A stretch of 64,000 bases of DNA from the human T2T-CHM13v2.0 reference genome, Homo sapiens: assembly GCF_009914755.1 (NCBI RefSeq), contig NC_060933.1, one strand, 5' to 3'. Shown here one piece after another: positions 45,324-63,175 of this stretch. The number at the start of each line of letters is the position of its first letter. The first letter of the stretch is position 1. The position numbers and the translations under genes are program-made. The notes beneath the pieces are model-generated. The model saw only the letters and a program-made list of their open reading frames with translations, ran no database searches and was not told where the DNA came from.

Positions 45324-47547
45324 AAGGTCATAAATTTGATTCATCTCTGTGTCCCTACCTTCAAGAAAAATAGTGAACAAATAGGGCCCCAAAAATATGT
45401 TTTAAATATGTTATAAACATACTTATATTTAAATATGTTTTAAATATAAAATAGGATGTTCTGCCAAGGATTAAACTTGTGTACTTGATATTATTGTGTT
45501 CTTCTAACAAAAGAGATGACAGAAATGCATCTCTTTTGGTCACCATAAAAAGCCTAAATTACCTTGAAGCCATTGAAAGGAAATTGGGGTGGGCTATGGA
45601 GGTAGAGTCCCTTTTGGAGACAATTGTGATCACAGCTTGGAGGACAGTGGGGTTGATACCTTTTTTGTCCAGAAGTTTTTGAAGATATAAAATAAGAAGC
45701 TTCTAAGGCCTAGAAAGATGGGAGGTGAAGAGATAGTGGTTGACATCCCAACTTTATGGGGAAACATATATTGTAAGCATGGTGCGCCCATGCTGACAAT
45801 ATGTGTAGTTGATCAGGACGGAATTGATGAACACAGGAAGGATTGAAGAGGTTATCATAGCAGTGCTGCAAAAAAAAGCAGAAATAGAGGTTTCTAACCC
45901 AGCCTGGAACTCTGGATAGGATCTACCTGGGCCATCTGCCATCCGTCATCAGCATATCTCCTCATAATTGCTGCAGAAGATTCCAATTACCCATTTCCCT
46001 GGTAGCCATAGGAGATAGGGCACAGGGGCTGGAGGCCCCATTCCTTAGGAATGAAACAAGACATGCCCATCTAACCTGACAGTGAGAAGGTGATTAATTG
46101 GTCATTCTTTTACAAATCAAAGAATGTAGAATTAAGTAGCATGTGTAAAAACACATAAAGGGAGAAAAGTAGGTAGTGTTAGTTGACTTAAATCTTCTTA
46201 TTCCCAAACAAGACAGGAAGGCAAGTGAGATGAGTCATGTCAAAAATTGCCTGGAAAAGGTAGCAACTAGGGAGTAGCCGAGCAATGGGAAGTAGAAACC
46301 TTAAACTACATATATATCCCAGAAGCTAGAGGGCTCTGAAGTGCATACAAGCATATTCATTGGCACGGATTCTTGGCATTTCAGATCCAGAAGGGTCCTG
46401 AGACATGAAGCTGGTCCTCACAACTCTGCACAGACTAGGAGGCCCAAAGAAGAGAAACATTCACTACACCAAGTTGCCTGCATTTGGTCCTGGGTTCAAG
46501 CCACCAACTTCTGTCATTTTAGTAGAAAACAAGCATAACAACAGCATTTACTGACAGGGTGGTAAGCACTTTAATATACATTATATCATTTAATCATGTC
46601 AGCCTTATGTAGTAGTTTTGCTGTTCCTAGCCCCATTTTATAGATTAGGAAACTGAGGTCTGAAGGGTAAAATAGCCTGTTCAAGGTCACTCGCTAAAAT
46701 GTAGTAGAACCAGGACTTGAACTCAAGCCATCTAATCCTGAAGCCCATGCTGTCAGCCACTACAACCATAAGCAATGTTCTCACTGAAGTAGAGAATATT
46801 AATAATTACGTGATATTTATTGAGTACTTACTACAAGCCAGGCACTGTTCTAGGTTCTTTTTATGTATTACTCCTCACAATACCCTAGGTACTTTAGACA
46901 TATTAACTCATTAAATTTTCCCAACAACCTGTGAGCTAGGTGTAGTTATTATATCCAATTTGCATTTGTTTCCAAGGTCACAGAGCTGGTAAGTGGTAGA
47001 GCCAGGCTTTGAATTCAGGACATTTGGCTTAAACCAGGAAATCTATGCTTTGAAATATAAAGCCTCCATATAAAAGACAATCCATTTATTAAAAATGTTA
47101 TTCACACCCCTGAGTCCACCCACCTTTAGCAGATATTGGGATTTTTCACTGTACAAATGAGAATGGACCAATGAAAATATCATATGAAATTGCAATTTTG
47201 TAAGTCAAATGTCAGCAATATCATATAGTTCAATGTAATAGAAGCCACAAGTGTGAACAAAATCACACAGAAAAAGTACAGAGCATGAAAAGAGTAAAGA
47301 GACAAAGATAAGAGAATCCAAGGGAACTCCAACATTTTCTAATTTACTGTGTGACCTCAGTAAGTCTCTTCCCCTCCTTGGGTCTTTCTTCAAGTTGGAC
47401 ATTCAAATCACTGCATTGCTATTTCTGATCACTTTCTCACTTATGCTAAGATTTAGCTGTTTCTCAAAACTGGCCATAATTTCCCCATCCCCTTTAGAAC
47501 TTCCCATCCTAGATATACTGACTAGAATTGACTGCCAGCAGGCTAAC

Positions 47548-47914
47548 CTATGGAGACAGTAAAAGGATCCGTGGTTTCCAGAGGTTAGGGAGAAGTGAAG
47601 GATGAATAAGCAGAGCACAAAGGACTTACAGGGCAGTGAAAATACTCTGTGTGATAAGATACTGGTGTATACATGGAATTATACATTTGTAAAAACCCAC
47701 AGAAAATACAACATCAAAAGGGAACCCTCTTATAAACTATGCACTTTGGGTACTAACGATGTGTCAATGCAGGTTCACTGATTGTGGCAAATGTACCACT
47801 CTGGTGGAGATGTTAATAGTGGGGGAGGCTATGTGTATATGGGGTAGAGGGTATATGGGAATTCTCTGCTCACTTTGGCTGAGAACATAAAACTACTCTA
47901 GAGAAAGTCTATTT
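47548..47914 (+). mobile_element. L1MC1-like 3' end
   Basis: tatggagacagtaaaaggatc…gatgtgtcaatgcaggttca…aaatgtaccactctggtgg. Confidence 0.8.
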
Positions 47915-48071
47915 GACTTCCTGCCAGCTGGCATCCTCTCCGCAGAGGTCACACAGATGACGAGCATACCATTAACAGTTTTTGAAGAAAGAGAGGAGTG
48001 GGATGAAGAGAACAGACACCTATTAAGCATTTCTTTATTCTGTGCCTAGTGCTAGGGCATCTCCCTGTTAG

Positions 48072-48432
<361 letters not shown>

Positions 48433-49649
48433 TGTTTCCAGTAATTCTTACAGATGAGCAAGTGAAAGGTCAGAGAAGATACTGGATCAAGGCCAACCAG
48501 ACAACACAGTAGGGCAGAGGGTCTATTTTGGACTCAACTTCAAATCCCAAGCAGTGCCCCCTGAACTTCTTCAACCCATCTCTTATTTTCAGCCTCAGAT
48601 CCCCCCATACAGTGAAAAAAATACTAACTGGCAAGGACCCAATTCCTATATAAGAAATCGTGCAGCTCAATCTATTGCTCTATAAATCACAGAAACGACA
48701 CCTAATTTCCCCTGTCAGGATAAGCTTCACTTTTCAAGCCATTCTCCTCTGAATGATGAGAGCCCGACAGAACAGCTCCTTAATCTGGGTGACAGGAAGA
48801 AGACATTTAGAACCAGCCAAACCCCCCTATTGCCACACTTACCTCTGCTAATGAAAAAATATTAGAGAAATAAATATACAACCCACTGAGATGCTTGTGC
48901 ACAAGGCTCTGTCAGCTGTCTGTTTCTCAAGATGTACACAGACAAGATGATAGGATTATATGATCCTCAGGCAAGGAGTAATTTTTCTTGTCAGTTAGTC
49001 CCATATTTCAGCTCCCATCCATCTCACATAGAAGATGAAGTACTATGTTTTAATGCATTAAAAATAACAGTGAGCATTTTTTGAAGACTTTTCTATTCCA
49101 AACACAGTGCTCAGTGAGAAATGACATGCAGGGATTCATTTAATTTGTACAGCAACACCATGAATTTGATAATCCTATTGGTGTCACTATATAGAGGATG
49201 AGACTGAGGCCCCAGAGAGTTTGGGTTCCTTTCCTAAGTTACATAGCCAGTATATAGCAGAACAAAACTCAGACCCACGTTTCTCAAATTCCAAAGCCTA
49301 AATGCTTAACCTCCATGGGTCACTTTCATCTCCATAAACAGCCTGTATATTAGGTTGTATTGTTTCCATGCAACCCTTGAAAAAGTTGAAATTTTTTAAA
49401 GTTTGATGCTCCTGTGATCAGGTGATTTCATCAATGTCACAAATCTAGGAATTAGGACTCAAACACAGGTCTCAACCTAAAGACTGAATCCTCTTCTCCA
49501 AACTGGTCATTTTTCCTAAATACTAAGGGCAGGTAGCACATGACAAATTCTTAGGAGGAGTGAGGGGGACCAGTTAACCTTGTCTTGGTCAGTCCCAAGT
49601 CCTTCTTTGCGACAACCAAATAATGACTTAATAAAAAAAAATAGATTCA

Positions 49650-51468
<1,819 letters not shown>

Positions 51469-53336
51469 CTAAAAAGAAAAACAATAAAACAACTAAAAAT
51501 AATTTTGACTAAGAAAAATACAACCATTTTTCTTAGCCTGGCACACACAGCCTTTCACAAAGTGATGTCAAACAACCTCTCAGCCTCATATCCCACCGCC
51601 ATAGCCTGTCCCAGTCCTACATACCAGCTACATTGAACCCTTTGTCATGGACCAGGGAGGCAACAAACTTTTATGTCACTGTATCTTTGTACATGGGTTC
51701 CCCCAGCCTATAATGCCTTTATTCTATCTTTAATCAAATTGTACTCATTCTTTAAGACCCACTGCAACTTCAGTCTTCTTTGAAAACCCTTCCTTGATTT
51801 CCCAGCAGAATTCAAAAGCCCTTACTGCACCTTTGACAACATATCTGTTAGTGGACTTACCACATTTTATGGAATTGTTATCTATATGTCTGTCCTCCCT
51901 ACTGGACTATGAGTTATTTGCCTTATTTTATCAGAAATTCCTTGCACAAGGCATGACCCAAAGTAGGTACTCCATAAAAGTTTGTTGTATGAACGCCTGT
52001 TGTATGAATGAATAATAAAGTCTGAGGAAAGAAGACTGGGAGCTGTTTGGGTGTGTGATCTATGTGATCTTAGTAGACCTGCTCAGTCATCGGGGCAATA
52101 GATTGTGCTTACATTGTTCTAAACTATCTCCAAATCATTTGTCCTGCCTGTCACTAAGCTGAGAGCAATTGTGAAAGTGATGAATAGCAGACCAATTATG
52201 AGCAATAGGAAACATCGGTTATAACTCTAGGGAGAAGACATAGCCATATCAGTAGCCTCATCCATCTAATCATGAGTCATCTTCCCAAGGCATCTTGCTC
52301 TGTGACCTTGAATTGTCAAGGGTTTGTTAATCTTACACAAATTTAAGTTCTTCAGAGGATGGTTCCCCTTTTCAGCCTGTGTCCTACAAGGCGTTGCTCC
52401 TGGACTGCCCAGTCCTGGAAGGGGAAACCTGGCTGGAACTCACATACTTTTCCTAAGGGAAACCTTTAGCTGAGGATTCCAGTCCCACCCAAGAGACAAG
52501 ACCTATCTTCTAAGCCTGCTGTCCTTTGATAGATAGAAACTCGTCTTTCCTGTGGTGAGAACATCTGGAGATGAGAGGCGGGTTGGAAAGTTTCAAGTGA
52601 AGGATTTGTCCAAGACTGTGGAGTTTGCATCTCTAAATGCTAGCTTAAGTTAATGGCAAGTTCCTAAATAAAGAATTACACAATTTCTCTTCTGTGGCCA
52701 CTGATGATTTCATTTTTCCAGTACGCCCATTGTCCCTAAGGAGGTATCTGAGGGAGGAAGCCTCTCCTGCTGGTGGGGCTTCTATGGGACTATGAGTGGG
52801 GGCAGGAAAATAAAGGTCACAGGACAGGAGGGGACATGCTTAGTCTAGCTAGACTCATTCTGAGTTTACCTTGGCCTTTGATAGGGAGCCTTTTAAATTT
52901 GGCTGAGGAAGCTTGGAAGTGGTAGATTCTTATCAGCTTTAAGGTAGTCATATTTCTATCATGGCAAGTGGATTCTGAAAAGTCTAGATCATTTAACCCA
53001 GGAAAGGATGTTACACGTGACGGAGGGATGGTAGAACATTGAGGTTAGGAGCATGGTCACTGGAACCAGACTCCTGGGTTCAAATTCCAGTGCTATCACT
53101 AAGCAAACTGACAGAATCATCTTCAACTCTCTATGCTTCACTTTCTGCCTGTATAAAATGGGTATATACTAAGATCTACCTCAATTAGAAATGTACAAGG
53201 ATCATGTATAAAGTGCCTAAAATAATGTCAGATCTATATAAATATCCACATATACTTGATAATTAAACAAATATTGACTAGGTCCTGAACTTGGGTATTC
53301 TCTAGATGAAAGAAAGTAACTTAAAAAGCAAAATAG

Positions 53337-53659
<323 letters not shown>

Positions 53660-55409
53660 TTAGACATGCTTATTTACAGACAAAAGAAACTCAAGGCACA
53701 TCTACACTCACTTGGAATTATTTTTATTCTTTGTAATATTTTCTATTGAGAAAACAATATGGCACTGGAACAAGCTATCAGAGATACTATCTTTGCCTTT
53801 GGGGAAGTAGGACTTTCCTTGTTTCTGTGAACTGATTGCCCTTTTAATTTTTGAATCAGTGGATCTCTAAGGGTAAGACAATTACTATTTTTTTTATGCC
53901 TACTCTGTGCTGGATGCTTTAATAAGAAGCAAGAGAAGAGGATTGGGGGAGAAAAAGAGAGAGAAGTGGGGGAAGACTAAGAAGAAAAAAAAGGAAGCAA
54001 GAGGAAGCTACAACTAATATTGATCAAGTGTTCAATCGTACTAGCTATTGCTAAATGCTTTACATGCATAGTCTTATTTAACAGTTAAATACTATTATTA
54101 CCTCCACTGAGGTTATAAGTAATTAAATTATATCTCCATAGTATGTGGCAAAATGAGAGCTTAAACCTAAGTCTATCTGATTCAAGTACTGCCTTTTCTT
54201 TACATCCATCATCTTATATAACATTCAGAGCCACCCTATAAAGTGGGTGCTCATATTACTCCCATCTTACATCTAAGAAAACGGAGCTCAAGTAGGCTAA
54301 GTTGAATGTACAATGTCATCCAACAGGTAAGCATGAAATGTGAAATTTAAATGTAAATCTGGTTGACGGTTAAAACCATGGTTCTCTCTATGACATCTCA
54401 CTAAAACCTCTAAAATATCAAAATCTCACTGGTAAGTCTGTTCACCTTGAATGTAATTAATGCTCTCCTGATACATAAAAAATAAGCAAATAAATCTATC
54501 TATATTTATACCTATATCTATAAACCTATATATTATCTATACCTATATATTCTCCAGCTCTATTCAAAATGAGTACCTGCACATATGAGAAAAAATCACC
54601 AGGGAAGCACTGTAGAGGGATGAGAAGAGCTTCACTAACATGTACTACCCTACCTCAAGCACCTGCTACGTTATACTTCAATTGCCTGGTGTTCCCTCTG
54701 ATTTTTGGAAGACAAGCAATAATTTCTGAAAAAGCTCCAGGTTGGAGCAAGCTGAAGTTGAAGAAGCCAAGCCCAAAAGCCCAAGCTCTTTTGATAGTGG
54801 ATGTAGGATCTCTGAAAAGGCATTAAGAAAAGGGCTTTGAATTGAGCTAATAGATGGTTTTCATTGAGTTTTGAGACAAAAACTTTGATTAGATGGTGGA
54901 GCAAAACCCAGTTTCCAAGGGGCTGAGAAATAAGAAGTGAGAACGGAGCAAGAAGTTTTATGGTCAAAGAAAGATGAAGTGGAAAATGATAGAAGAAACT
55001 CTAGAATCCAAGAAAGGCTATCTGATGATAGAACAGGCTTGCCCATGCCAAACTGTAGTGGAAAAAGCCAGTAATGACAAAGGCTCTATTCTTTGCATGC
55101 TGAGACCACAAGCTATGGAACCAGACAAACAAGGGTTTAAATCTTAGCTCCATAACCTACTGCTATGTAATACTGATACTTCTCCTTCTGAGCGTCAGTC
55201 TCCTTTAGCCACTCAAAAGTTATGTTTTGAATACCTACTATGTATATGGCACTAAATATAGAAGCTATTGTGACCCAGGATAAGTCTAAAAGTCTGGAAG
55301 CAAGATACTTGATTTCTATCCTTAACTCTAAGGCAACGGAAATAGCCTCTGTGCTTTCTAACTTCTTTCTTCATAAATCACATACCATACATTAAGATGT
55401 ACTTAGACT

Positions 55410-55718
<309 letters not shown>

Positions 55719-55789
55719 AAGATGTACTTAGACATACTGCAGTTATTTCAGAGCCCTATAATCAGTATGGCCTGGATAAGACTGAGTTG

Positions 55790-56189
55790 GCTGTGGATTA
55801 CATCATGATCTCTCCCCGAAAATTCATGTTGAATCTTAATCCTCAATGCAACAGTATTAAGAGGAGTGGTCTTTGGGAGGTTATTAAGTCATGAGGGCTC
55901 TACCTTTATAAATGGGAGTATTATCTTTATAAAAGGGCTCAAGGTTAAAGCAAGTGCTCTTTTGCCCTGCCCTTTGGTCCTTTCTGCCATGTTAAGGACA
56001 CAGTGTTCCTCTCCTCACAAGTATGCAGCACCAAGGTGCCATCTTGGAAGCAGAGAGCAACCCTCACCAAACACCAATCCTGCCAGCACCTTCATCTTGG
56101 ACTTCCCAGCCTCCAGAACCATGAGGAAATAAAATTCCTTATAAATTACCCAGTATCAAGTATTTTGTTAGCAGAAATGGACTAAGGTA
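55790..56189 (+). mobile_element. MSTD-like MaLR solo LTR
   Basis: aaaattcatgttgaatcttaatcctcaatgcaacagtattaagagg…gccatcttggaagcagagag…aaatggactaagg. Confidence 0.82.
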
Positions 56190-56673
56190 GAGTCTACATC
56201 AAGATTCAGACCCATGTGATGACAAACTGTTGAGGGAACTGGGAATGATTTCCAGGAGAGAAGAAAAAATCAACTGAGACCTAAAATATCTTCAAATACT
56301 TGAAAGACTGTCACTTAGAATTGGAGAGAGGATTAACTTTCACTGAGCTTTTTCTAGTGCAAGGCAGTGTTGCTAAGCACCTTACATGAACTATCTCTTA
56401 ATTTGTGAAACAATTGTATAAGGTAGATATTATTAATCTCATTTTACCGATGGTAAAACAAAAGCTTAAGAATTTAAGTAACATCCCAAAAGGCATACAG
56501 TATTTTTTTGAGACAAAAGTAGTATTTAAACCCTCATCTCTCGCTTTCAAAACATATGCTCTGTCTAGTAAATCAATAGCTAAAACCTGCTCAGTACAGT
56601 GTTGATAAACAGAATTAGAAACTACAAGGACAAGAAATGTATAGAAAAATACTTTGATTCAATATAAAGAAGG

Positions 56674-57012
<339 letters not shown>

Positions 57013-57554
57013 TTAGTAGGTCACTCAGCAAACCATTCCAGGAGAATTCAAAAAGAAGCTCTTGCAGGATATAGGAGAAAAGAATCAAGTAATACATACA
57101 GGTTGGCCTAGATGCCTGTATAAACCCTTCTATTTCTTTCTTCTCGTAGCCTCTGTTGTGATCAAAAAATAAAACAATGAAATGTAGAGAAGGAGGAATA
57201 AGAGGAAAAGCAGAAAGTAGCAAAAATATGATAAGTAAGAATTTGTCTTTACTCAGCACTTATTACGCACCAGCACAAAACTAAACATGTTAATACCCAT
57301 CTCATGCAATACAGTATTCTCAGATATTAGGAATTATTAGTAAACTCTAGTTAGTAAACATAGGTGAGGGAATTAAGGCTCAAAGTCCATTGCCACAAGT
57401 AACTAACATAGGAGAGAGGCAACAACTAGGGCTTGATGAAAGATGTGACCAGATGAAAGACAATCTTTCAACTACTAGAGTAAAAAGCTCAAGTTTTTCT
57501 AATAGATCACCTTTGTCTACAGGTTTTTCAATATGGGCTGTGGGGAATTGCCAA

Positions 57555-58140
57555 AAAAAAAAACCATCAAGCCCGATCAAGCCTCTAGACCTAACTACAC
57601 AGTTACAAGAAATACAAGGCCAGATAAGGACATTAAATAACACCATGTGAATGCAATCAGCAAAATCCAGGTTGTGGGGAACTCTGCAGCACAAACAACC
57701 CAGTTTTATCCATAAAATATCCCAAGGAATAAAAAGAGAGATAGACAGGTTAGAAGAGACTCACTTATCAGCCAACTACAACATTTGGATCTTATTTAGT
57801 TTCTGATTTGAAAAAACAAGTACCAAAGATATAAGACAATCCAGTAAACATGAACAATAATGGGATGTTTGATGATATAGAGAAATTATCGTTCATTTAG
57901 GAATCCTGGATAGGGCATTAAGGTTATCTTTTGAGTGTTTATGTTTAAGAGATAAGGATTTTAACATTTACACATGAAATTATCTCATGTTTGAGATGTG
58001 TTTCAAAATTACCAGGGCAGTGTAGAAGCAGATGTGAGAGGAGGTAACACAGGATTAATCACTACTAAAACTAGAAGACGATAGGTACATGGCAGTTCAT
58101 TATTATATTCTCTCTACCTTTGTGTATGTTATGCTTTTCT
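57555..58140 (+). mobile_element. Old L1ME4/L1MC-type 3' region
   Basis: gatcaagcctctagacctaactac…gcaatcagcaaaatccag…ttcattattatattctctctacctttgtgtatgtt. Confidence 0.7.
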
Positions 58141-58921
58141 GAACTAAGTTGATTTTGGAGTGGGTAGCAGATCCTGGGATTTAACAGTGCTCTCCCAAAT
58201 GGGATAATTTGGAGATGAAGCTAAAAATGAAAAAGAAACACATGATCCAAGGAGAATCCACATTCTTTGTGGTCTTCCTCTCCTCTCAGGATATGAATTT
58301 ATAGCCTGGAATCCTTTTGCTCAGAGATGCTAGGCATGATGTAACTCTGTCACCTAGAGAAGGCACTGCACAGACTGACCATCTATGTAATGGTACAAAC
58401 TCATGCTGCTTTCAACTGCATATGCCTGGTGAATTGTGAGACACATCTGGAATGACTTTTTTTTTCTTCTTAGATTAGGAAGAAATAGAAAGAGAGTTGG
58501 ATTGTTTGTGAATTCTCTCCAGGCCCTTACCACCACTGTTGACTGAAGTTGCCTAATGACCTAAGAAGAGCTCCCTGTGAACAGGGTTAAGCTCCAAAAG
58601 GGATGGAGCCTGCAGCTTGCTCTTCCTGGAAGCCCAGCATTGCCCTGGCTGGGGCAGTCTTTGATGACACCCTCAGATAAATGATGGTGGTGTGATAAAT
58701 AAGTAGACATTGGACAGCTGGAAAAAGGATTCCAGCCCTGGCTCTGATATTTGCTAGTCTTACAGGGCTTCAGATGATGGCTGGCTACACTCTCTGAGTC
58801 TCAAGTTTCCTTATCTAAAAAATGAAGATAAACAGTGCTACCTTCATGCTTCTATTGAAAGGAGCCAATGTATGTGAAAACACCATGAAAGAGTGTCAAT
58901 GCAAGCTGGTGACCTTTTTTT

Positions 58922-60350
58922 CACTCATTCATTCAATCATTTATTTTCTTTTTAAGTGTATTTATTGAATTTCTACTATGCATCAGGCACTTTACTATCA
59001 GCTGTCGGTATAAGGCTGACTAAAAGTTGGTGTAGTACCTGGTTTCATGAAGTTTACCTGCTAATGTATAGGAAAATATTTTGACTTAATATAAGAAAGG
59101 ATGTTCTCTCGGTGAGGGAAACCAAATGCTTAGGTGTCACTGAGCAAGCCATTTGAAAACTGGGAATGTTCAGACACAGTCTCCACAACTTTTTGCAAGG
59201 TGCAAAAGAAAGGAATTGAGAAATAGACTAGGGTTGGGTTGGATGCTTCTATAATCCCTTCCATTTCTGAGTTTATCTGCTGTTTCTTCCTCATAAACTC
59301 TGTTATGACCATAAAATAAAATAATAAAATTTGGAAGAGGAGGAGACACAGGCATCAATCAGTTTCAAAAAATAAAAGTATAATTAGAAAGTGTGATAAC
59401 TGTTATGGAAGAAAGACAAAGAGACCCAAGAAAGTAAGTGAAAAAATAAACAAGGAGGATCTTATCAAATCTGGAAACCTTGGCAATCTGATAAATCAGT
59501 AACAGTTCACTCAGTGGAAAGAAGGGGAAAAATACATTCCAACTACAGGGAATAGCCTGTGCAAAGTCTCTTTGGCAGGACAGAGCACAGTGTTTCCAAA
59601 AACTAGAAGAAGATCACTATGGCTGGAGCACAGGAAGCAAGAGAAGTAAGAAGACAAGATGAGTTTTAAGAAATTAGAAGGTTTCTGCCCAAGCAGCCCC
59701 TGAGCACCATGGCAAGGACTTTGGTTTTTATCTTAAGAGCAACTGGAAGTCGATAAATGGTTTTAATCACGAAAGTGATGTGAGCAAGTTTTAGTTTTGA
59801 AAATATCACTCTGGCTGCAAAGAAGTGGAAGGATTAAAAGAGGCAGGGGTTGTTATTAGACAGGAGACTATTGAAATAGTACAGGCAAGATTTGGATCAG
59901 TTTGGGAAAGAGTGAATGTATTAGAGAAATTCTTAAGGAGATAAATCTACAGGACTTGGAATGGGTTGTATTTTGTGGGGAATGGGTGCAGGTGGAAAGG
60001 AAAGAGGAGTTATCAAGGCTGACTCCTTGGTTTCAGGATTTTAAAAATGGAAATAGAAAATACTGTCAGAAGAAAGGGAGGCAATTCATGGCAACCATAG
60101 TAGAGTGGTCTGCAAGGGTTACAAATGAGAAGTTACTGTACTTTTATTTTATGGTAGGAGCCAATCCTAGAATGAATCGAAGTGAATCAATGTAGACAGA
60201 GATGCCTGCTTTTTCAAAAGTTTTGGCTGTTAAGAAATGAAGAGACAGTAGCTGGAGAAGGTAACTGAATGCAATGACATTGTCTTTAGCATGCATTAGA
60301 CTTTAACTTTTATTTAAAATTTGAAGAAGAGAAGCTAGTAGAGAGAAAAG
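58922..60350 (-). mobile_element. L2 remnant carrying a ~280-bp inserted duplicate (59063-59345)
   Basis: cattcattcaatc…tatttattgaatttctactatgcatcaggcact, followed by L2-like purine-rich sequence. Confidence 0.65.
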
Positions 60351-61075
60351 TGAGAAGAGGCTCAGGTGCTCAGGTCAAATCCTGGCTCTACAAGTTCCTA
60401 TTTGTAAGACCTTGAGACAAGTGATTTAGCTTCTCCATGCCTCAGTTTTCATGTTGGGGAAAAAAGGATAATAATAGCACCCACCATGTGGACTTGATGA
60501 GAGGGTTCAGTGAGCCAAGTACATAAAGTGCTTTAGCTAAGCTCCTGGCACCATGGAAGTGCTCAGTAAATGTTTGTTATTATTAAAAGGACAAGGGAAA
60601 GCTTTTCTGCCATTCTCTTTTTTTATTGCATGTAATAACTAATTCAATGTCCCATGGAAAAAAAATATTCTCTGACATGCAAAAATGTTTGCATTTGCTA
60701 AAACTGTATATCTCGCATTTCTTATTGAATCTGGTAGTCTTCAGGTCCCATGAAAGAGCTATGTTTTCCAGTTTTGCAGGTAGACAAGCCAAGTATTAAG
60801 TTCCTCTTTTGTAATTGACCATGAGTGTGTTGAGTAATATGTGGATTACTTCTCCCTCTTTTCTTTGATCTTCCCTGTTGCCAAGGATTGCCTGACAGTC
60901 TGATTCTTGGCCGGTTCACCTCCTTCTCAGAATGCACTAAGATAGAAAGGAAGTGACCCACAATAGCAGAGAAGGTTTAAGCTAGATTATAGGAAGTACT
61001 TGACTTTCTTAATCCCTAAACAAGCAATTCCCTGAAGGAATTTCAAACTGAAAATGACATATGAACCAGTTTGGG

Positions 61076-61270
61076 TAGTGGTTCTCAAGCTCATTTTGTA
61101 CCAGAATTACCTGGGGAGGCTGGGAAAATGAAGGCTCCCAACCCACAAAAAAAAAAAAAAAAAAAAAAAAACAGAATCAGTAGGAAGAGACAAGGAAACT
61201 CCATTTTAAACAAACACTTCCCCCATTCTCACCTTAAGTGATTTTGATCCACTGAGACACTCTGAGATCC
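61076..61270. mobile_element. MER5-like hAT relic with an internal A25 run
   Basis: agtggttctcaagc…cagaattacctggggag…cagaatc…cattttaaacaa…gtgattttgat. Confidence 0.6.
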
Positions 61271-62323
61271 AGAACTCCACTCACTAGGCACTCTTGACCT
61301 CCCTTATTCTGCTGTACTTTTTTTGTATACTTTTTAATATACTATATTATTTACTGTGCTGATTGCTTATTTCATGTCTCTCTCACACACACTCCAGTAG
61401 AAATTAATTTCCTAGACTGTGAAGCTATAATGCCTGCTTTGCTCCTCAGGGTATCCCAAATGCCCAGAACAGTGTCTGGCCAATAGGAGCCCCTTAGTCA
61501 ATACTTGTTCAAATGATGTAAATGGAATTCTCACTCTTCAGCCATCTCATACATATACCCCCCATCTAACTGACACTGACCCTCTTAGTTTAGTATTCTA
61601 CAACATTTGAGTCAAGAATATGGATCTATTCTCCAGGAGAAAAATATAAGTAATGTATAATTCTGCAAAAACTTTCTAGGGATGAGCATCCAAAGATCCT
61701 ATAAAGTCAAGGATCCCCAAATGCCAAATTAACAACCCTTGCCATAAAATCAGTCCTGGTTCCCGCAATTCATCTTCTGTTGCTATAGTTGCTACTCTAA
61801 GACTCAAATCTAGTTATATTTTTCCTTGACCTACAATCTTGAAAGACTCTATATGGTTTGCACAGCACCCGAATTTTACAACATGGCATTCAAAGTTGCC
61901 CACAATGCAGCCTTCTGCCTATCCCTTTTCCAGTTTTATTTCTACCAAATCTTTCAGGCCTGTTGCAAGAATGGCTGACTGAACACAAAAGCTTTGGACT
62001 CAGACATCCTGGGTTTGAATTCTCACCCCACAATTCACTAGCCATGTTATCTTAAGTAAATTATTCACCTCTCTGAAGTCTCAGGTTTTTGTTTTTTAAT
62101 TTGTAAAGTAAGCATAATAGTGAATACTTCAAATGTGTTGTAGGGGGACAGAGTAAGAGAACATATATAAATACACATGAAGCACTTTTTTAAATGCCAG
62201 GCACATAGTTGGCACTCGATAATTGTTAGGTTTTATTCTTCTATTCTTCTATTCTACATGCTCAGCACATAGTATTGACACATTTTTCTGTCTCCTGCTT
62301 TTCCAATATTGCTTAGTCTAGAC

Positions 62324-62545
62324 CGGGGTTTGGCAAACCTTTCCTGTAAAGGACTAGAAAGTAAACACTTTGAGCTTTGCACCCCATACTGTTTTCTGTA
62401 GCTACTACTTAATTCTGCTGTTGCAGCAGGAAAGCAGTTATAGATGATACGTAAATCAAGATATGTGGCTATGTTTCATAGACTTGATTTATAAAAATAG
62501 GAAGCAGGCTGGATGTGGCCCATGGGCCATAGTTTTCCAACTTTG
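62324..62545 (+). mobile_element. MER58A hAT-Charlie MITE
   Basis: cggggtttggcaaacctttcctgtaaagg…gggccatagttttccaac. Perfect palindromic TSD gtctagac at 62316 and 62546. Confidence 0.9.
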
Positions 62546-63049
62546 GTCTAGACTAGCTTTGAAATCTTACAGACCTGGGTTCAAGCTTCTCTGGGGTTCC
62601 ATCTCCTTATCTGTTAGATAAGGATAATAATAGTACTTCCCTCATAAGTTGTTGGATGATTAAATTAGATAAAGCATGTAAAGTCCTTAGCACAGTTTTT
62701 GGCACATAGTACATATATATGTATCTGATGGATATTATTGTCTTCATCATCAAAAAACTTGCTTTGCAGTTCTACTATGTGCCCATATCCACCTTCCCTT
62801 CTTTAAGAATTGTTTCCAGATTCTCCCTCTCAGAGTTTCTTTCTCTCTTCTAACACTATTGGAATGTCTATTGCACTATTCAAAAATAAATCATGCATTT
62901 GTGTAGCATATGTAAGTAATTATAGTAGCATATGTGTCCTTGTTACTAGACTGTGTGCTCCTTGAAGGCACAGTCTGTGTCTTGTTCCTCTCTATAGCAC
63001 ATTTTCTAACACAGTATCTGGCACACAGTAGGCAACCAATGCAAGATAA

Positions 63050-63175
63050 TCACAGTGATGGGGCTATAGCGAGGGTGATGCTGGTAGTGATAGTAGTGGT
63101 GTAGCATAGTGGTGGCGGTAGTGGTCATGGTTGTAGTGATGGTAGGTACTGGTAATAACTGGGGGAGGGGGTGAG
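63050..63175. repeat. Degenerate (GTG/GTA)n low-complexity tract
   Basis: Direct read. Confidence 0.75.

Noticed and set aside
45393-45449. AT-rich 17-bp direct repeat plus 11-bp hairpin
   Set aside because: Very low complexity, so chance or simple slippage cannot be excluded.
48640-48920. Repeat-free stretches with TAAT/TGACAG motifs (also ~2200, ~7250-7480 and ~52080-52340) as enhancers
   Set aside because: Short motifs alone are not evidence, and I have no conservation or chromatin data.
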